A stretch of DNA of 64,000 nucleotides from Octopus sinensis (lineage: Eukaryota), in assembly GCF_006345805.1 (NCBI RefSeq), contig NC_042998.1:26536001-26600000 (forward strand), written 5' to 3'. Of the stretch, positions 1-11,520 are shown piece by piece. Position 1 is the first letter of the stretch, and each line of letters starts with the position of its first letter. The translations under genes and the position numbers were made by a program. Below the pieces are notes generated by a model, which was given only the letters and a program-made list of their open reading frames with translations, did not search any database and was not told the DNA's origin.

Positions 1-239
1 TTACAAGTGCCAGTGTCATAGAAGATGCACTTATGCTGGTACTGCATAAACGCATCCGTACTGGTAGCATGTATGAAGCACCCAGCACACTCTGTTTAGT
101 GGTTGGCATTAGGAAGGGCATCCAGCCATAGAAACCATGCCGCAAGAGACAATTGGAGCCTGGCCAGCTCCTGTCAAACTGGCCAACCCATGCCAGCATG
201 GAAAATGGATGTTAAGCAATGATGATGATAACGATGATG
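1..239 (+). mobile_element. RTE-LINE 3' end (family C), 5'-truncated
   Basis: GGTTGGCATTAGGAAGGGCATCCAGC...CCATGCCAGCATGG then (GAT)n tail; same motif in about 18 copies. Confidence 0.75.
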
Positions 240-432
240 GTCTGTGCTTCTCTCATAAATTAGTCATTCATCTCAATAATTCATTATTTTGTATTAAGCT
301 GCCAGTAATGGTTAATTGGCCGGCCTAGAGATTTTATTTCCCAGATGTGATAGATGAGATAAATAAAAAAAATTCTAGATGGAATTAAAAATGAATTATT
401 GAAGGTGATGGCTTTGTCTTGTAGACCAAGAT

Positions 433-660
433 TTAAACCCTTCTGATGCCAACCTGCTTGAGACTTACCTCTGCTTCAATCATACAAGCTTCCTGTTCAA
501 AGTAATCTAAATAGTAACGTTCCTTCAAAATTCCATTTAATTTATGTTCCAAGCACAAACTTAATAATGACAGTTATTTTATTAATTTATTCAGTATTTT
601 TAAAATTAATTGAAACAAAGTCGGTATATTTCAAGAGAAATGCTGTAACAAAAGTGTTAA
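433..660. mobile_element. piggyBac-like MITE
   Basis: TTAA-bounded, CCCTT...AAGTG ends; body matches 12291-12934 in reverse. Confidence 0.5.
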
Positions 661-1070
661 ATCATACTTCTTAAAATTCTCATCAACATTAACCATGACA
701 TACAATCTATGTATAAATATTTATATTCTCAAATATATAATTATTGTTCTTGAGGAAAATTCAAATCAATTTTTTTTTTATTTGCTTCAAAGCTGTTCAA
801 TTCAATATTTAAATGAATTGTTATACATACATATACATATATATAGATATACACACACACATATATATGCGCAAAGATAATTTTCCTTATATGGTAACAA
901 CACTGATATTATGGAAACATGGAGTTAAATCATGAATATGTGATACTTTAATGTAAATTTGTATATAAAGAAAAGATACACAAAATAATTGATTATATTT
1001 CTTGAAAAATTCCCTGAATGTCTTAAGCAAAATAAGAATAGGTTGTAATACAGCAGCAATGCTGTGTCAT

Positions 1071-1431
1071 TTTCTTTTACCTTTAATCTTTTATCACTCA
1101 TTAGACTGCGGCCATGTTGGGGCATCTTCTTCAAGAATTCTTTTATTGAATGAGTCAACCCAGTACTTAATGTTTTAAAACCTTGTACTTGTTCAATTGG
1201 TCTCTTTTGGCGAACTGCTAAGCAGATACAATCACACAAAACATATATATATGTATATATATACACACACACAAACACATGTCAGGCTTCTTTTCAGTTT
1301 CCAACTACAAATTCTTTCACGAAACTTTTGTCAGTCTGTAGACACTTGCCCCAGGTGCCATGCAATGGGACTGAACCCAGAACCATGTGGCTGAAGAGCA
1401 AGCTTCTTACCATACAGACACACATGCACCT
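1071..1431 (-). mobile_element. SINE family A (tRNA-like head, CORE-like box, internal microsatellite)
   Basis: Reverse of GGCTGTGTGGTAAG...GGTTCAGTCC...CTTGGGCAAGTGTCT...GCTCCAGCATGGCCGCAGTC consensus. Confidence 0.75.
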
Positions 1432-1980
1432 ATTCTTTTTCACTCTTTTATTTGTTTCAGTCATTTGATTGCGGCCATGCTGGAGTACCACCTTTAGTCG
1501 AACAAATCGATCTCAGTACTTTGTAAACCCAGTACTTATTCTATTGGTCTGTTTTGTTGAACCCCTAAGTTATGGTGATGTAAACACATCAACATTGGTT
1601 GAGATATATATGTATATATATATATATATATAAAGGGCTTCTTTCAGTTTCTTATTTCTTTACTGCCCACAAGGGGCTACACACAGAAGGGACAAACAAG
1701 GACAGACAAATGGATTAAGTCGATTATATCAACCCCAGTGCATAACTGGTACTTATTTAATCGACCCCGAAAGGATGAAAGCAAAGTTGACCTTTGCGGA
1801 AGTTGAACTCAGAACATAGCGGCAGACAAAATACTGCTAAGCATTTCGCCCGGTGTGGTGACGTTTCTGCCAGCTTCTTTCAAGCAAAAAAGACACTTGC
1901 CCAAGGAGCCATGCAGTGGGACTGGATCCAGAAGCATGTGGTTGGTAAGCAAGCTACTTACCACACAGCCACTCTTGCAC
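1432..1980 (-). mobile_element. SINE family A interrupted by a family B copy
   Basis: 3' half at 1432-1650, head at about 1880-1980. Confidence 0.75.
1651..1877 (-). mobile_element. SINE family B (tRNA-like head, Meta/MESC-like central box)
   Basis: Reverse of GCTGGCAGAAACG...GAGTTCAA...GTCAACTTTGCTTTCATCCTTTCGGGGTCGAT. Confidence 0.8.
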
Positions 1981-2583
1981 ATATGGTAATATATAAAAAA
2001 AATGTACTTGTTAAAATTCCACCCCCCCTACTTACAAAATATCTGGTTTTCATGTCTACAGTTTGTTAAAGACTTTTTTTTCTTTTTGACATGTTGCTAA
2101 GTGATAAGGAGAGAAAAGTAATGGGCAACAAGGAGAGAAAACAACACAGAAGATAAAATGAATTTTTAGTGCCGTGTATAAAAATTGTTATGTCACCAGA
2201 TAACGAAAATGAAAAAAAGATACATAACATTCAAGAACTGACTAATGAATACTAAAATAAATTTATCGTGCTGTGTAGACATGAGAAATTATTAGGAATT
2301 TACTAGAAACCAGAAGATATAAAATAGATGATTTGGCAATAATATTCGATACAATTCAGAGGTCTGAGAAAGTTTGATGGTTTATTGTTTTTGGTTTCTT
2401 TTTACTTAAATAAATCAATATCAAACTTGAAATATATTTTGACATCGTATTTGTTTTTCATTCAAATTTGTAAATATCAGTAAAAAGACAAAAAGCCTTC
2501 TCTCTACTTTCAATAGTATTTCTGTGGGTCACTTTTTTTTTTTTTTAACTTGGAGTACAGTAGAAATCTTACCGAAATAAATA

Positions 2584-2922
2584 TTTGTGACCCCCTTCGG
2601 TCACGACACAGACCATGGGATTGCACCTAGAAAGTTACCCTCCCAGGCACAAGTCCAGGCAAGGTTGTTTATGGAAGACCAGCAGTCGCCCATGCATACC
2701 GGCCTCCCCTCCATGCCACCAGTGTTATCCAAGGGAAAGACAAAGGTCGATACAGCTTGGCACCTGTGACATCGCAACTAATTTCTACGGCTGAGTGAAC
2801 TGGAGCAACATGAAATAAAGTGTCTTGCTCAAGAACACAACACGCAGCCCGGTCCGGGATTCGAGCTTACAACCTCACGATCGTAAGCTCGACGCTCTAA
2901 CCACTGAGCCATGCGCCTTCAC
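2584..2922 (-). mobile_element. Full-length tRNA-derived CORE-type SINE
   Basis: Head GTGAAGGCGCATGGCTCAGTGGTTAGAGC...GCTCGAATCC, box TTCTTGAGCAAGACACTT; 10-bp TSD GAAATAAATA (2574-2583, 2923-2932). Confidence 0.85.
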
Positions 2923-3141
2923 GAAATAAATAAGTATATAAATATTTGTTTAGATGTGTTATGTATGTATGTTGTCTTGTCTTTTTAGGAACATGACACT
3001 ATTAGGAAGAGTGGATTCCTTGTCCCCTTGCTCCCGGCCCCTTTCGTCGCCTCTTACACCACAGGGAATACAGCGACTGCATTCTACTGGTCCCCGCCCC
3101 AGTCACAGGGATGGGGTTGCTAGTTAACCCATAGCTAGGAC

Positions 3142-3608
3142 TAGGGCTGGATTAAAGTCCATGGAGGCCCTAAGCACCTAAAAGGTTTTGGTGCCCTCAG
3201 GTATATGTAAATGGTTCAAAATATAAACAAAAATAATTTAAAATGTAAATTATAATAAACCATAAAAGTAATTTTTATTTTTCCAAAATGAAACAAAATT
3301 CACAGTAAGATGGAAAATAATGTTTATTTTTGTATGCTTCCATTTTATTTATATTTGAAAAGTTCTCTCCTCAATTTTTTTTTTGATTGCAAAGTGTTTG
3401 ATGGTATCGTTAAAATTAATTAATTAAAATTAAAACTTCTGCTTCTATACTTCTATATTGAGTAGAGATAAGGCATTATGAATATTATTTTAGCAAGTTT
3501 AAAGTGATTTCTTTTGTGCCATAAACCATTTTCATTTCTGTGGTGGGCCCCCGTCCCTTGGTGCCCTAAGCATGTGTTTATTTTGTTTAATGGATTAATC
3601 TAGCGCTG
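3142..3608. mobile_element. hAT-type non-autonomous element
   Basis: TIR TAGGGCTGGATTA / TAATCTAGCGCTG; imperfect 8-bp TSD GCTAGGAC/ACTGGGAC; partial second copy at 42070-42352. Confidence 0.7.
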
Positions 3609-4092
3609 ACTGGGACCCTTACAGGTGCTACCCCTCTGGGCCAGAGTAGACCTGGGAACAATAGTGTCTAAGAGATGGTTTTACACTCCTCAAACTCTGA
3701 AACCAGAGCCCCAGGGTCCCACTACTGGATGTAGTTTATAGTTATACCTAGGACAAAGAGAGTTTATAAGTGACAGGAAAGCTTGGAGAGTGTTTGTGGA
3801 TGGATGAGTGAATTTGATGTTGGTCCAAGGGGTACAGAACCAGCATATGCTGTTGGGCCCCGCTGCTGATATTGGGGGTTGCATTCTATGCCTTGACCCG
3901 AGCATAGGACGGGGCTTGCCTCTTTGAGCTTTGAAATGAATGGAATGCCTGGTGTGTGTCTTGTGGCTATCCCCTCCTAAAAAAATGGGGAATAGGCCTG
4001 GGTATATGTATGTGTACAAACACACATATGTATATGACAGTAGTATAGTTTGTAAAAAGATTTGTCTCATATCTCTCTCTCTCTCTCCCTCC

Positions 4093-4125
<33 letters not shown>

Positions 4126-4236
4126 CATAGACAGACAGGCAGGTAGATAGATAATTGTTTTTAATCATTTTTTTTAAAGCTAAAACAGTGCAAGTTATGA
4201 AAATTAATAATACAGGTCAATGAATTGTGCTTTTAC

Positions 4237-4293
4237 CTGTTGTTTCAATATTTTGAGGTTTGACTATCTTCAAGAAATCTTTGGAGATGTCAA
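4237..4293 (-). other. Candidate 57-nt exon, unverified
   Basis: TTCTTAG|...|GTAAAA; open in phase 1 (DISKDFLKIVKPQNIETT); no homology recognised. Confidence 0.2.
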
Positions 4294-4406
4294 CTAAGAA
4301 TCCACACACACAAACAAACACAATTATATATATGTATGTTGCTACATATATATATGTATATATATGTAGTTGATATGAACAGAAAAACAAAAGACAAAGA
4401 CAGGTG

Positions 4407-4531
4407 TGTGGCTGACTATTTTTGTAATATGAAAATCAGTGGGAAAATTAATTTCATGTTACATCATTAAAAGAATACTGTAACATGAAATTAATTTTCC
4501 CACTGATTTTCATATTACCAAAATAGCCACA
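4407..4531. repeat. Inverted repeat, about 48-bp stem with 15-nt loop
   Basis: CTATTTTTGTAATATGAAAATCAGTGGGAAAATTAATTTCATGTTACA pairs with 4479-4526. Confidence 0.95.
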
Positions 4532-4778
4532 TAACAAAACATAGAAGGACAGACTTGAATTTCATATCACCAGCAGCATTTCCTGCCAGAAGTGTAACAT
4601 GATTTTTGGAAGCTTTAATTCCTGGTTTTGATTTTACTTCACAAGATATAAAAGTTTTAATATGCATAAGCATTTAGAAAAGCACAGTTCCAAGAACATT
4701 GTATATTTGCTCTGGCATGTAGTATCTTTCACCGATTATCTTCTTTTCCTAATTGTTCATGATAATTAGCAGCAGCCT

Positions 4779-5163
4779 TTGTACCAATAACTCTGAGCAC
4801 CTTTCAAACTCCACCTGTCTAACACCCGTGGACATGTTTACAAAGTCAGAAAACAGCACAGCTCCCATGACTTTCAGAAACATTTTTTCTCGCTAAGAGT
4901 TGCCGAAGCATGGAACAAACTGCCGGCATCAGTTGTTAGTTGTCAGAGCACTGCATCCTTCAAAACTTCCATGCTTCCTGAGATTCGCTAACACTACACC
5001 TGATTTTCTCCTCTCCATACACACGCAAGCATGTATCTGACTCATACACTGTTCACTTCCCAGACATTTGTACATTACTGCATATGCTTTATATGCACAT
5101 TTGACAAGTTGTGGTGCACCTGAGCACTGTATGCAATAATTTCATTATTATTATTATTATTAT
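4779..5163 (+). mobile_element. CR1/L2-type LINE 3' end
   Basis: Translates TRGHVYKVRKQHSSHDFQKHFFSLRVAEAWNKLPASVVSCQSTASFK (RT C-terminus); (ATT)n tail; TSD-like TTAGCAGCAGCCT/TTAACAGCAGCTT. Confidence 0.8.
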
Positions 5164-5429
5164 TTAACAGCAGCTTCTCCAGTTATTTTTATGTTGTGCA
5201 AATTCAAGCAATTCTTAAACTTTTCAAACCAGCCTTTTTTAACCAGAAAAGGAGAAAAGACTTTTCATTAAAAGTTTCAACATTCTTTTTCTGCAAATTG
5301 TCATATAAATTATTGCCTTTTTCATTAATTACCATCATGCTTAACTTGTTGTTGTTGTTGGGCAAACTTATGAATCAATGGTGTTCTAATTAGCTCATCT
5401 CATTAAATCTGACATGAGGAATCTCTTTC

Positions 5430-5661
5430 ACTCTCTCTTGTACTCTTTTATTTGTTTCGATCATTTGACTGTGGTCATGCTGGAGCACCACCTTTAGTCA
5501 AGCAAATCAACCCCAGGACTTATTCTTTGTAAGCCTAGTACTTATTCTATCAGTCTCTTTTGCCGAACCACTAAGATAAAGGGACGTAAACACACCAGCA
5601 TCGGTTGTCAAGCAATATTGGGAGGACAAACACAGATATACAAATATATACACACACACAC

Positions 5662-5721
<60 letters not shown>

Positions 5722-5885
5722 GACAGGCTTCTTTCAGTTTCCATCTACCAAATCCACTCACAAGGCTTTGGTTGGCCCGAGGCTATAGTGGAAGACACTT
5801 GCCCAAGGTGCCATGCAGTGGGACTGAACCCGGAACCATGTGGTTGGTAAGCAAGTTGCTTACCACACAGCCACTCCTATGCCTA
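5430..5885 (-). mobile_element. SINE family A, full length
   Basis: Complete consensus with internal (CA)n(TA)n. Confidence 0.85.
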
Positions 5886-5916
5886 TAGGCGTAGGAATGG
5901 CTGTGTGGTAAGTAGG

Positions 5917-6620
5917 TCATCATCATCATCGTTTAACGTCCACTTTCCATGCTAGCATGGGTTGGACGATTTTGACTGAGGGCTGGCGAGCCAGATGGCT
6001 GCACCAGGCTCCAATCTTGATCTGGCAAAGTTTCTACAGCTGGATGCTCTTCTTAACGCCAACCACGCCGAGGGTGTAGTGGGTGCTTTTTACATGCCAC
6101 CGGCACTGGGGCCAGTCAGGCAGCTCTGGCAACGACCTAGCTCGAATCTTTTTACACGTGCCACCGGCACAGGTGCCAGTGAAGCGACGTTAGTAACGAT
6201 CACGCTCGAATGGTGCCCTTTTATGTGCCATGGGTACAGAAGCCAGTTGGCTGCTCTGGCAACAATCATGCTCGGATGGTGCTCTTGGCACCCTACTAGT
6301 ACAGGCATAAGTGCCAGCAAGGTGACGCTGGTAACGATCATACTTGAATAGCCGCTCTGTCAACAACCACACTTGTATGGTGCTCTTTGTACCCCACTAG
6401 CACGAATGCCAGTCATTGAATTGATTTTTATTTCACTTGCCTCAACAGGTCTTCACAAGCAGAGTTTAGTGACCAAAGAAGGAAAGGTATGCATAAGCGG
6501 GCTGGTTATGCTCCTGGCATAGGCCACAGGTTATGGTCTCATTTGGCTTGCCGGGTCTTCTCAAGCACAGTATATTTCCAAAAGTCTCGGTCGCTAGTCA
6601 TTTCCTTGGTGAGGCCTAAT
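5917..6620 (-). mobile_element. RTE-LINE 3' end (family C), long copy reaching the ORF end
   Basis: (CAT)n tail, about 57-bp tandem units; minus strand near 6540-6620 reads LGLTKEMTSDRDFWKYTVLEKTRQAK*. Confidence 0.8.
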
Positions 6621-6662
6621 TATTCAAAATGTCTTTCCTGTTTTCAAGATTGTAGGATTTAA

Positions 6663-6879
6663 CCCTTTAGCATTTAAACCAGCCACATCATCATCATCAT
6701 CACCATCAGCGGCCCAAACAAATCAGATCTGGCCTCTTCCACCTACCCTACAGTATCACTCTAAAAAATAAATAAGTGCATCGTCGAAACCTCAAAGCTA
6801 AGAGATAATGCCTGATTAATTCAAAGCGGTGTGAATAAATAAACATTACATTTGATAAACTAATCTGGAGTCTAAAGGG
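6663..6879. mobile_element. piggyBac-like MITE
   Basis: TTAA|CCCTTTAG...CTAAAGGG|TTAA. Confidence 0.8.
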
Positions 6880-7613
6880 TTAAATTTGAAGGAGACTTGG
6901 CTGCTATTTTCAGCAGATTGAGCAACTGCATAGAGGCTTCAGTAGAACCAATTTATTATGAGAAAAATTTTCTTCTGCAGAATAATCAACATAGCAAAGA
7001 AAAATGGTAATGGTAATGGTGATAGTTATAAAAGAATATTTATTTAGACGTATGCATACACTTGTTAGAATTGATCCATTATATTAACAAAAATCCCTTT
7101 GCCAGCATATCAATGTAGGTTTATGCCGCCGATTAATAATAGTTCCATCATTATAATAATAGTTTTGTCTTTTCTCCCTAATGTAATTTATGATAAGGAC
7201 AAAACAAATAATTGTGTTTTCAGTTTTCATAGTCATGTAATTCTTAGTTTGCCCCCAAGTATTAATTACATTAGAATATATAAATGACAATTTAGGTTTT
7301 TGCAAATGAATTGACATAGTTTTGGAATACTATTTCAACGAATTACACAACCGCATACATTGCTAGCTGACATGCCATTAATATAAATAATCCAACAGAT
7401 GGTAACTGTCTCTTATTGATATCAAACAAATGTTTGAAAATTGCCAACTTTTACAACTGGTTTGATAATATCTCTTGCGTCAGTTTTAGATTGTTTCTAA
7501 CAGGGAGCAACTGTTGGGATTGTGGTGAGAAATAATCAGAAAATGTTAACTGTGATACCATTGAGAAGTTAACATCAGACAATTGGGACTAGATTAAGCT
7601 AAATGATACCCTA

Positions 7614-7947
7614 CATATTCTGTTGTGTCTGGGGAGAGTCTTTTTCTTTTTGTGCCTTATTATGCAACACACTCACCGGTAAAATTTTCACTTTTTCTTA
7701 TCTTTATTTTCCTAAAATTTTCGTTGCGTCTTGCAACCTTTTCAAATAGTTTTGACTATTGAAAAGGTTGCAAGATGCAACGAAAATTTTAGGAAAATAA
7801 AAATAAGGAAATAAGTGGAAATTTTACTGCTGAGTGTGTTACATAATAAGGCACAAAAAGAAAATGACTCTCCCCAGACACATCAGAATATGCTTCAACA
7901 CACGAACTCATATAAAGAATCTTTTAACCAAATCCCAAAACAAAATA
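7614..7947. mobile_element. Fold-back repeat (family D), probably from a Penelope-like pseudo-LTR
   Basis: About 137-bp arms around 7751-7754; TSD-like CCTACATA; relatives at 57505-57778 and 60020-60200. Confidence 0.7.
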
Positions 7948-8599
7948 TCCTACATAATATCATCAAAATAGTACCTGTTATTAAGACATAATAATTGCTG
8001 AATGTGAAATGAAAGATTATCTTTCAAATCCCCACCCCACAGGCCATACCCCACAACCATGTTAAATATAACCTGTTTTTTAGGGTTTTTTTTTAATAAT
8101 AATTGTTTGTTCAACACTAAATAGTATTGAGCATTATAACAGATTATTTGCTTATAATGAAGGCAACAGGAAAAAGAAAAAATTGCTAATTTCCAACACT
8201 TTTTTTTTAATCATTTTTATTAGGGTAAAATATAAATATAAAAATTCATAGAAAATAAAATCTGTTTTTTTTTACAGAAATCAATATAAGACTGGGATTT
8301 CAAGAAAAAGAAATTTTAATGAAGAATTATCGTTACTGGTAGGAAACAAGTTTTATTCCATTAATTTCTCTTTCCACACAGCCTTGGCTTTGTTTTCTCC
8401 TTTTATTAACAGACACACACACACACAGGGTGTAGTGAATAAACTATTGTCTAATTATGTAAAAATGAAAATAATATTAACATCTCATTTTACCAAAACT
8501 ACATTAAAATATCTTGAAATTCCAAGGAGTAAATTAATTTAATAAAATAGCCATTGGCTTCAACCACAGTCTCCACATGTCTTCAGAATCTCCTGCAAC

Positions 8600-8888
8600 T
8601 CTTCTTTTCCTAATTGTTCATGATAATTAGCAGCCTGCCTTTGTAACAATAACTCTGAGCACCTTTTCAAACTCCACCTGTCTAACACCTGTGGACATGT
8701 TTACAAAGTCAGAAAACAGCACAGCTCCCATGACTTTCGGAAACATTTTTTCATGCTAAGAGTTGCTGAAGCATAGAACATAACTGCCGGCATCAGTTGT
8801 TAGTTGTCAGAGCACTGCATCCTTCAAAACTTCCATGCTTCCTGAGATTCGCTAATACTACACCTGATTTTCTCCCTTTCATACACAC
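8600..8888 (+). repeat. Local duplicate of 4739-5024
   Basis: Colinear high-identity match that includes non-LINE flank. Confidence 0.9.
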
Positions 8889-9185
8889 AACTTGTTTAAG
8901 TTGGTGAATGCTGCCATAATCCTTGCCTTCAGTTCATCTTTGGTGTTACAAGCAATTTTGTTGGTTTCTCATTCAACTCCGCCCCACACATAATAATCAA
9001 GGGTATTGCAGTGTGGAGAGTTAGGTGGCCAGATGTTATGGGTGATGTGGTTGCAGAAATCATCTGACAGCCATGGCTGGGTTCTCCTGCTTGTGTGGCA
9101 TGGTGCGGAGTCCTGTTGCCAGTCATATGGTCTTCCAGCAGCTACCTTCATCACCCAGGGCAACACTACCTCTTCCAGGCACTTG

Positions 9186-9373
9186 TCTTTTACAAGTGCC
9201 AGTGTCATAGAAGATGCACTCATGTTGGTACAGCATAAATGCACCTGTGCTGGTAGCATGTATGAAGCACCCAGCACACTCTGTTAAGTGGTTGGCATTA
9301 GGAAGGGCATCCAGCCATAGAAACCATGCCGCAAGAGACAATTGGAGCCTGGCCAGTTCCTGTCATACTGGCC
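9186..9373 (+). repeat. Local duplicate of window 1-184
   Basis: Ungapped match at offset 9189 with shared private variants. Confidence 0.85.
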
Positions 9374-9741
9374 TTGATGTAGGCCTCCATGTTGAGTGTG
9401 AGGCCATGTGGGAAGATGGATGGAGGCATAACGTCGCCATCACCAGCGATCATCCAAACACCCTGATGTTGACTGGATGTTTGATTTTTATCACTCTCGG
9501 TACATGTCCTCACACTGCACTGTCCTCAGATTGACACCCAAACAATCTGAAATGCTCGTATTGGAGCTTCCGGCATGAATGCCTAGTAGTACAGCATGTC
9601 ATTTTCAAATTCCTGGCAGAATGGTGCTGTTTTTCTCACAGACAGTGCCCCATACTGTGTAATTGACACAATCAAAAACAAACAATGCACATGCATGAAA
9701 TTAAGAATATAAAAGAGCAGCAATTTACCCATCATACCTTA

Positions 9742-9747
9742 TATATA

Positions 9748-9781
<34 letters not shown>

Positions 9782-10311
9782 ATATATATATATGTATATA
9801 TATATTATATGTAATATGTATATATATATATATAATATATATATATGTAATATGTATATATATATATATATATATGTAATATGTATATTATATATATATA
9901 TATATAGTAATATGTATATATTATATATGTAATATGTATATATATATATTGTAATATGTATATATATATTATATATGTAATATGGTATATATATATATAT
10001 ATATATGATATATATATATATATGTATATAATATATATATATGTAATATGTATATATATATATATATATATATATGTAATATGATATATATATATATATA
10101 TGTAATATGTATATATATATATGTAAATGTATATATATATATATATATATATATAGATATATATATATATATGTAATATGTATATATATATATATGTAAT
10201 ATGTATATATATATATATGTAAATGTATATATATAATATGTAATATGTATATATATATATATGTAATATGTAATATATATATATATATGTAATATGTATA
10301 TATATATATAT

Positions 10312-10343
<32 letters not shown>

Positions 10344-11290
10344 GTAATATGGTATATATATATATATATGTAATATGTATAGATATATATATATATTGTA
10401 ATATGTATATATATATAATATGTATATATATGTAATATGTTATATATATATATATATATATGTAATATGTATATATATATATATATATATGTAATATGAT
10501 ATATATATATATATGTAATATGTATATATATATATATATATGTAATATATGTATATATATATATATATTATGTAATATGTATATATATTATATATATATA
10601 TGTATATATATATGTATATTATATATATATATATGTAATATGTATATATATATATAATATGTAATATGTATGTATATATATATATATATGTAATATGTAT
10701 ATATATATATATATTAATATGTATATATATATATATAGTAATATGTATATATATAATATATGTAATATGTGTATATATATATATATGAATATGTATATAT
10801 ATTATATATGTAATATGTATGTATATATATATATATATATATGTAATATGTATATATTATATATATATATGTATATATATATTATATATATATATATGTA
10901 ATATGATATATATATATATGTAATATGTATATATATGTATATTTGTATGTATATGGTATGTATATTTCTGTATATTTGTATTTATATGTATATATATATA
11001 TGTGTGTATATTTCTGTATATTTGTATTTATATGTATATATATATATGTGTGTGTATATATATATGTGTATATATGTATATATATATGTGTGTATATATA
11101 TATGTGTATATATGTATATATATTTGTATGCATATATGTATATATATTTGTATGTGTATATGTATACATGTGTGTGTATTTGTATGCGTGTATATATATA
11201 TATGTATATATACATACACACACATACATATATACATATACACACACATGTATACATATATGCTGAAATGCTATATATATATATATATAT
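9742..11290. repeat. Compound (TA)n microsatellite with GTAATATG punctuation, then (TA/TG) tract
   Basis: Directly visible. Confidence 0.95.
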
Positions 11291-11359
11291 GTATAGCATT
11301 TCAGCATATATGGCTCAAAAGATGCAAAATAATGTTTATTGCTGTCTACTTATAACTTA

Positions 11360-11520
11360 ATACTTCAAAAAGTTTTGTCCAGCTTTCTTTAATTACAAAG
11401 TCTTTGATCAACTTCTCATAACAAATCTGCTTCAATGCTTAGCAGTGGAAACATCCAGCCTCTCTTGTCACATGATTGTTCTGTTGGGATTTTAAATTGC
11501 TTCAGCTGAGAAGTGTAGGT
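11360..11520 (-). pseudogene. hAT transposase dimerisation-domain remnant
   Basis: Frameshifted SQLKQFK..QERLD..LLSIEADLL..KLIKDF resembles hATC. Confidence 0.5.

Larger units (their letters stand above)
8426..9741 (-). mobile_element. Tc1/mariner (maT/DD37D-like) fossil with two internal insertions
   Basis: GDGDVMPPSIFPHGL..EAYIK|CLEEVVLPW..WQQDSAPCHTS..WPPNSPHCNTLDYYVWG; degenerate TIRs CAGGGTGTAGTGAATAAA / TTTACCCATCATACCTT. Confidence 0.85.

Noticed and set aside
2840-2922. tRNA-like sequences (also about 41500-41574, 59189-59260 and family A/B heads)
   Set aside because: They run into SINE bodies with TSDs and lack a clean acceptor stem and terminator.
5995-6351. Recurring peptides FLQLDALPNANH and EDTCPRCHAVGLNP across many ORFs
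   Set aside because: Chance frames of non-coding repeats, with frequent stops and frameshifts among copies.
6080-6420. CRISPR-like regular repeats in family C
   Set aside because: Intervening parts are homologous rather than unique spacers, there are no cas genes, and the context is a LINE 3' UTR.
7504-7524. 21-nt plus-strand micro-exon (CTAACAG|GATVGIV|GTGAGA)
   Set aside because: Too short to distinguish from chance.
9685-11360. Cluster of long Y/I/C/V/H/T-rich ORFs
   Set aside because: Translations of dinucleotide microsatellites, which lack stop codons.
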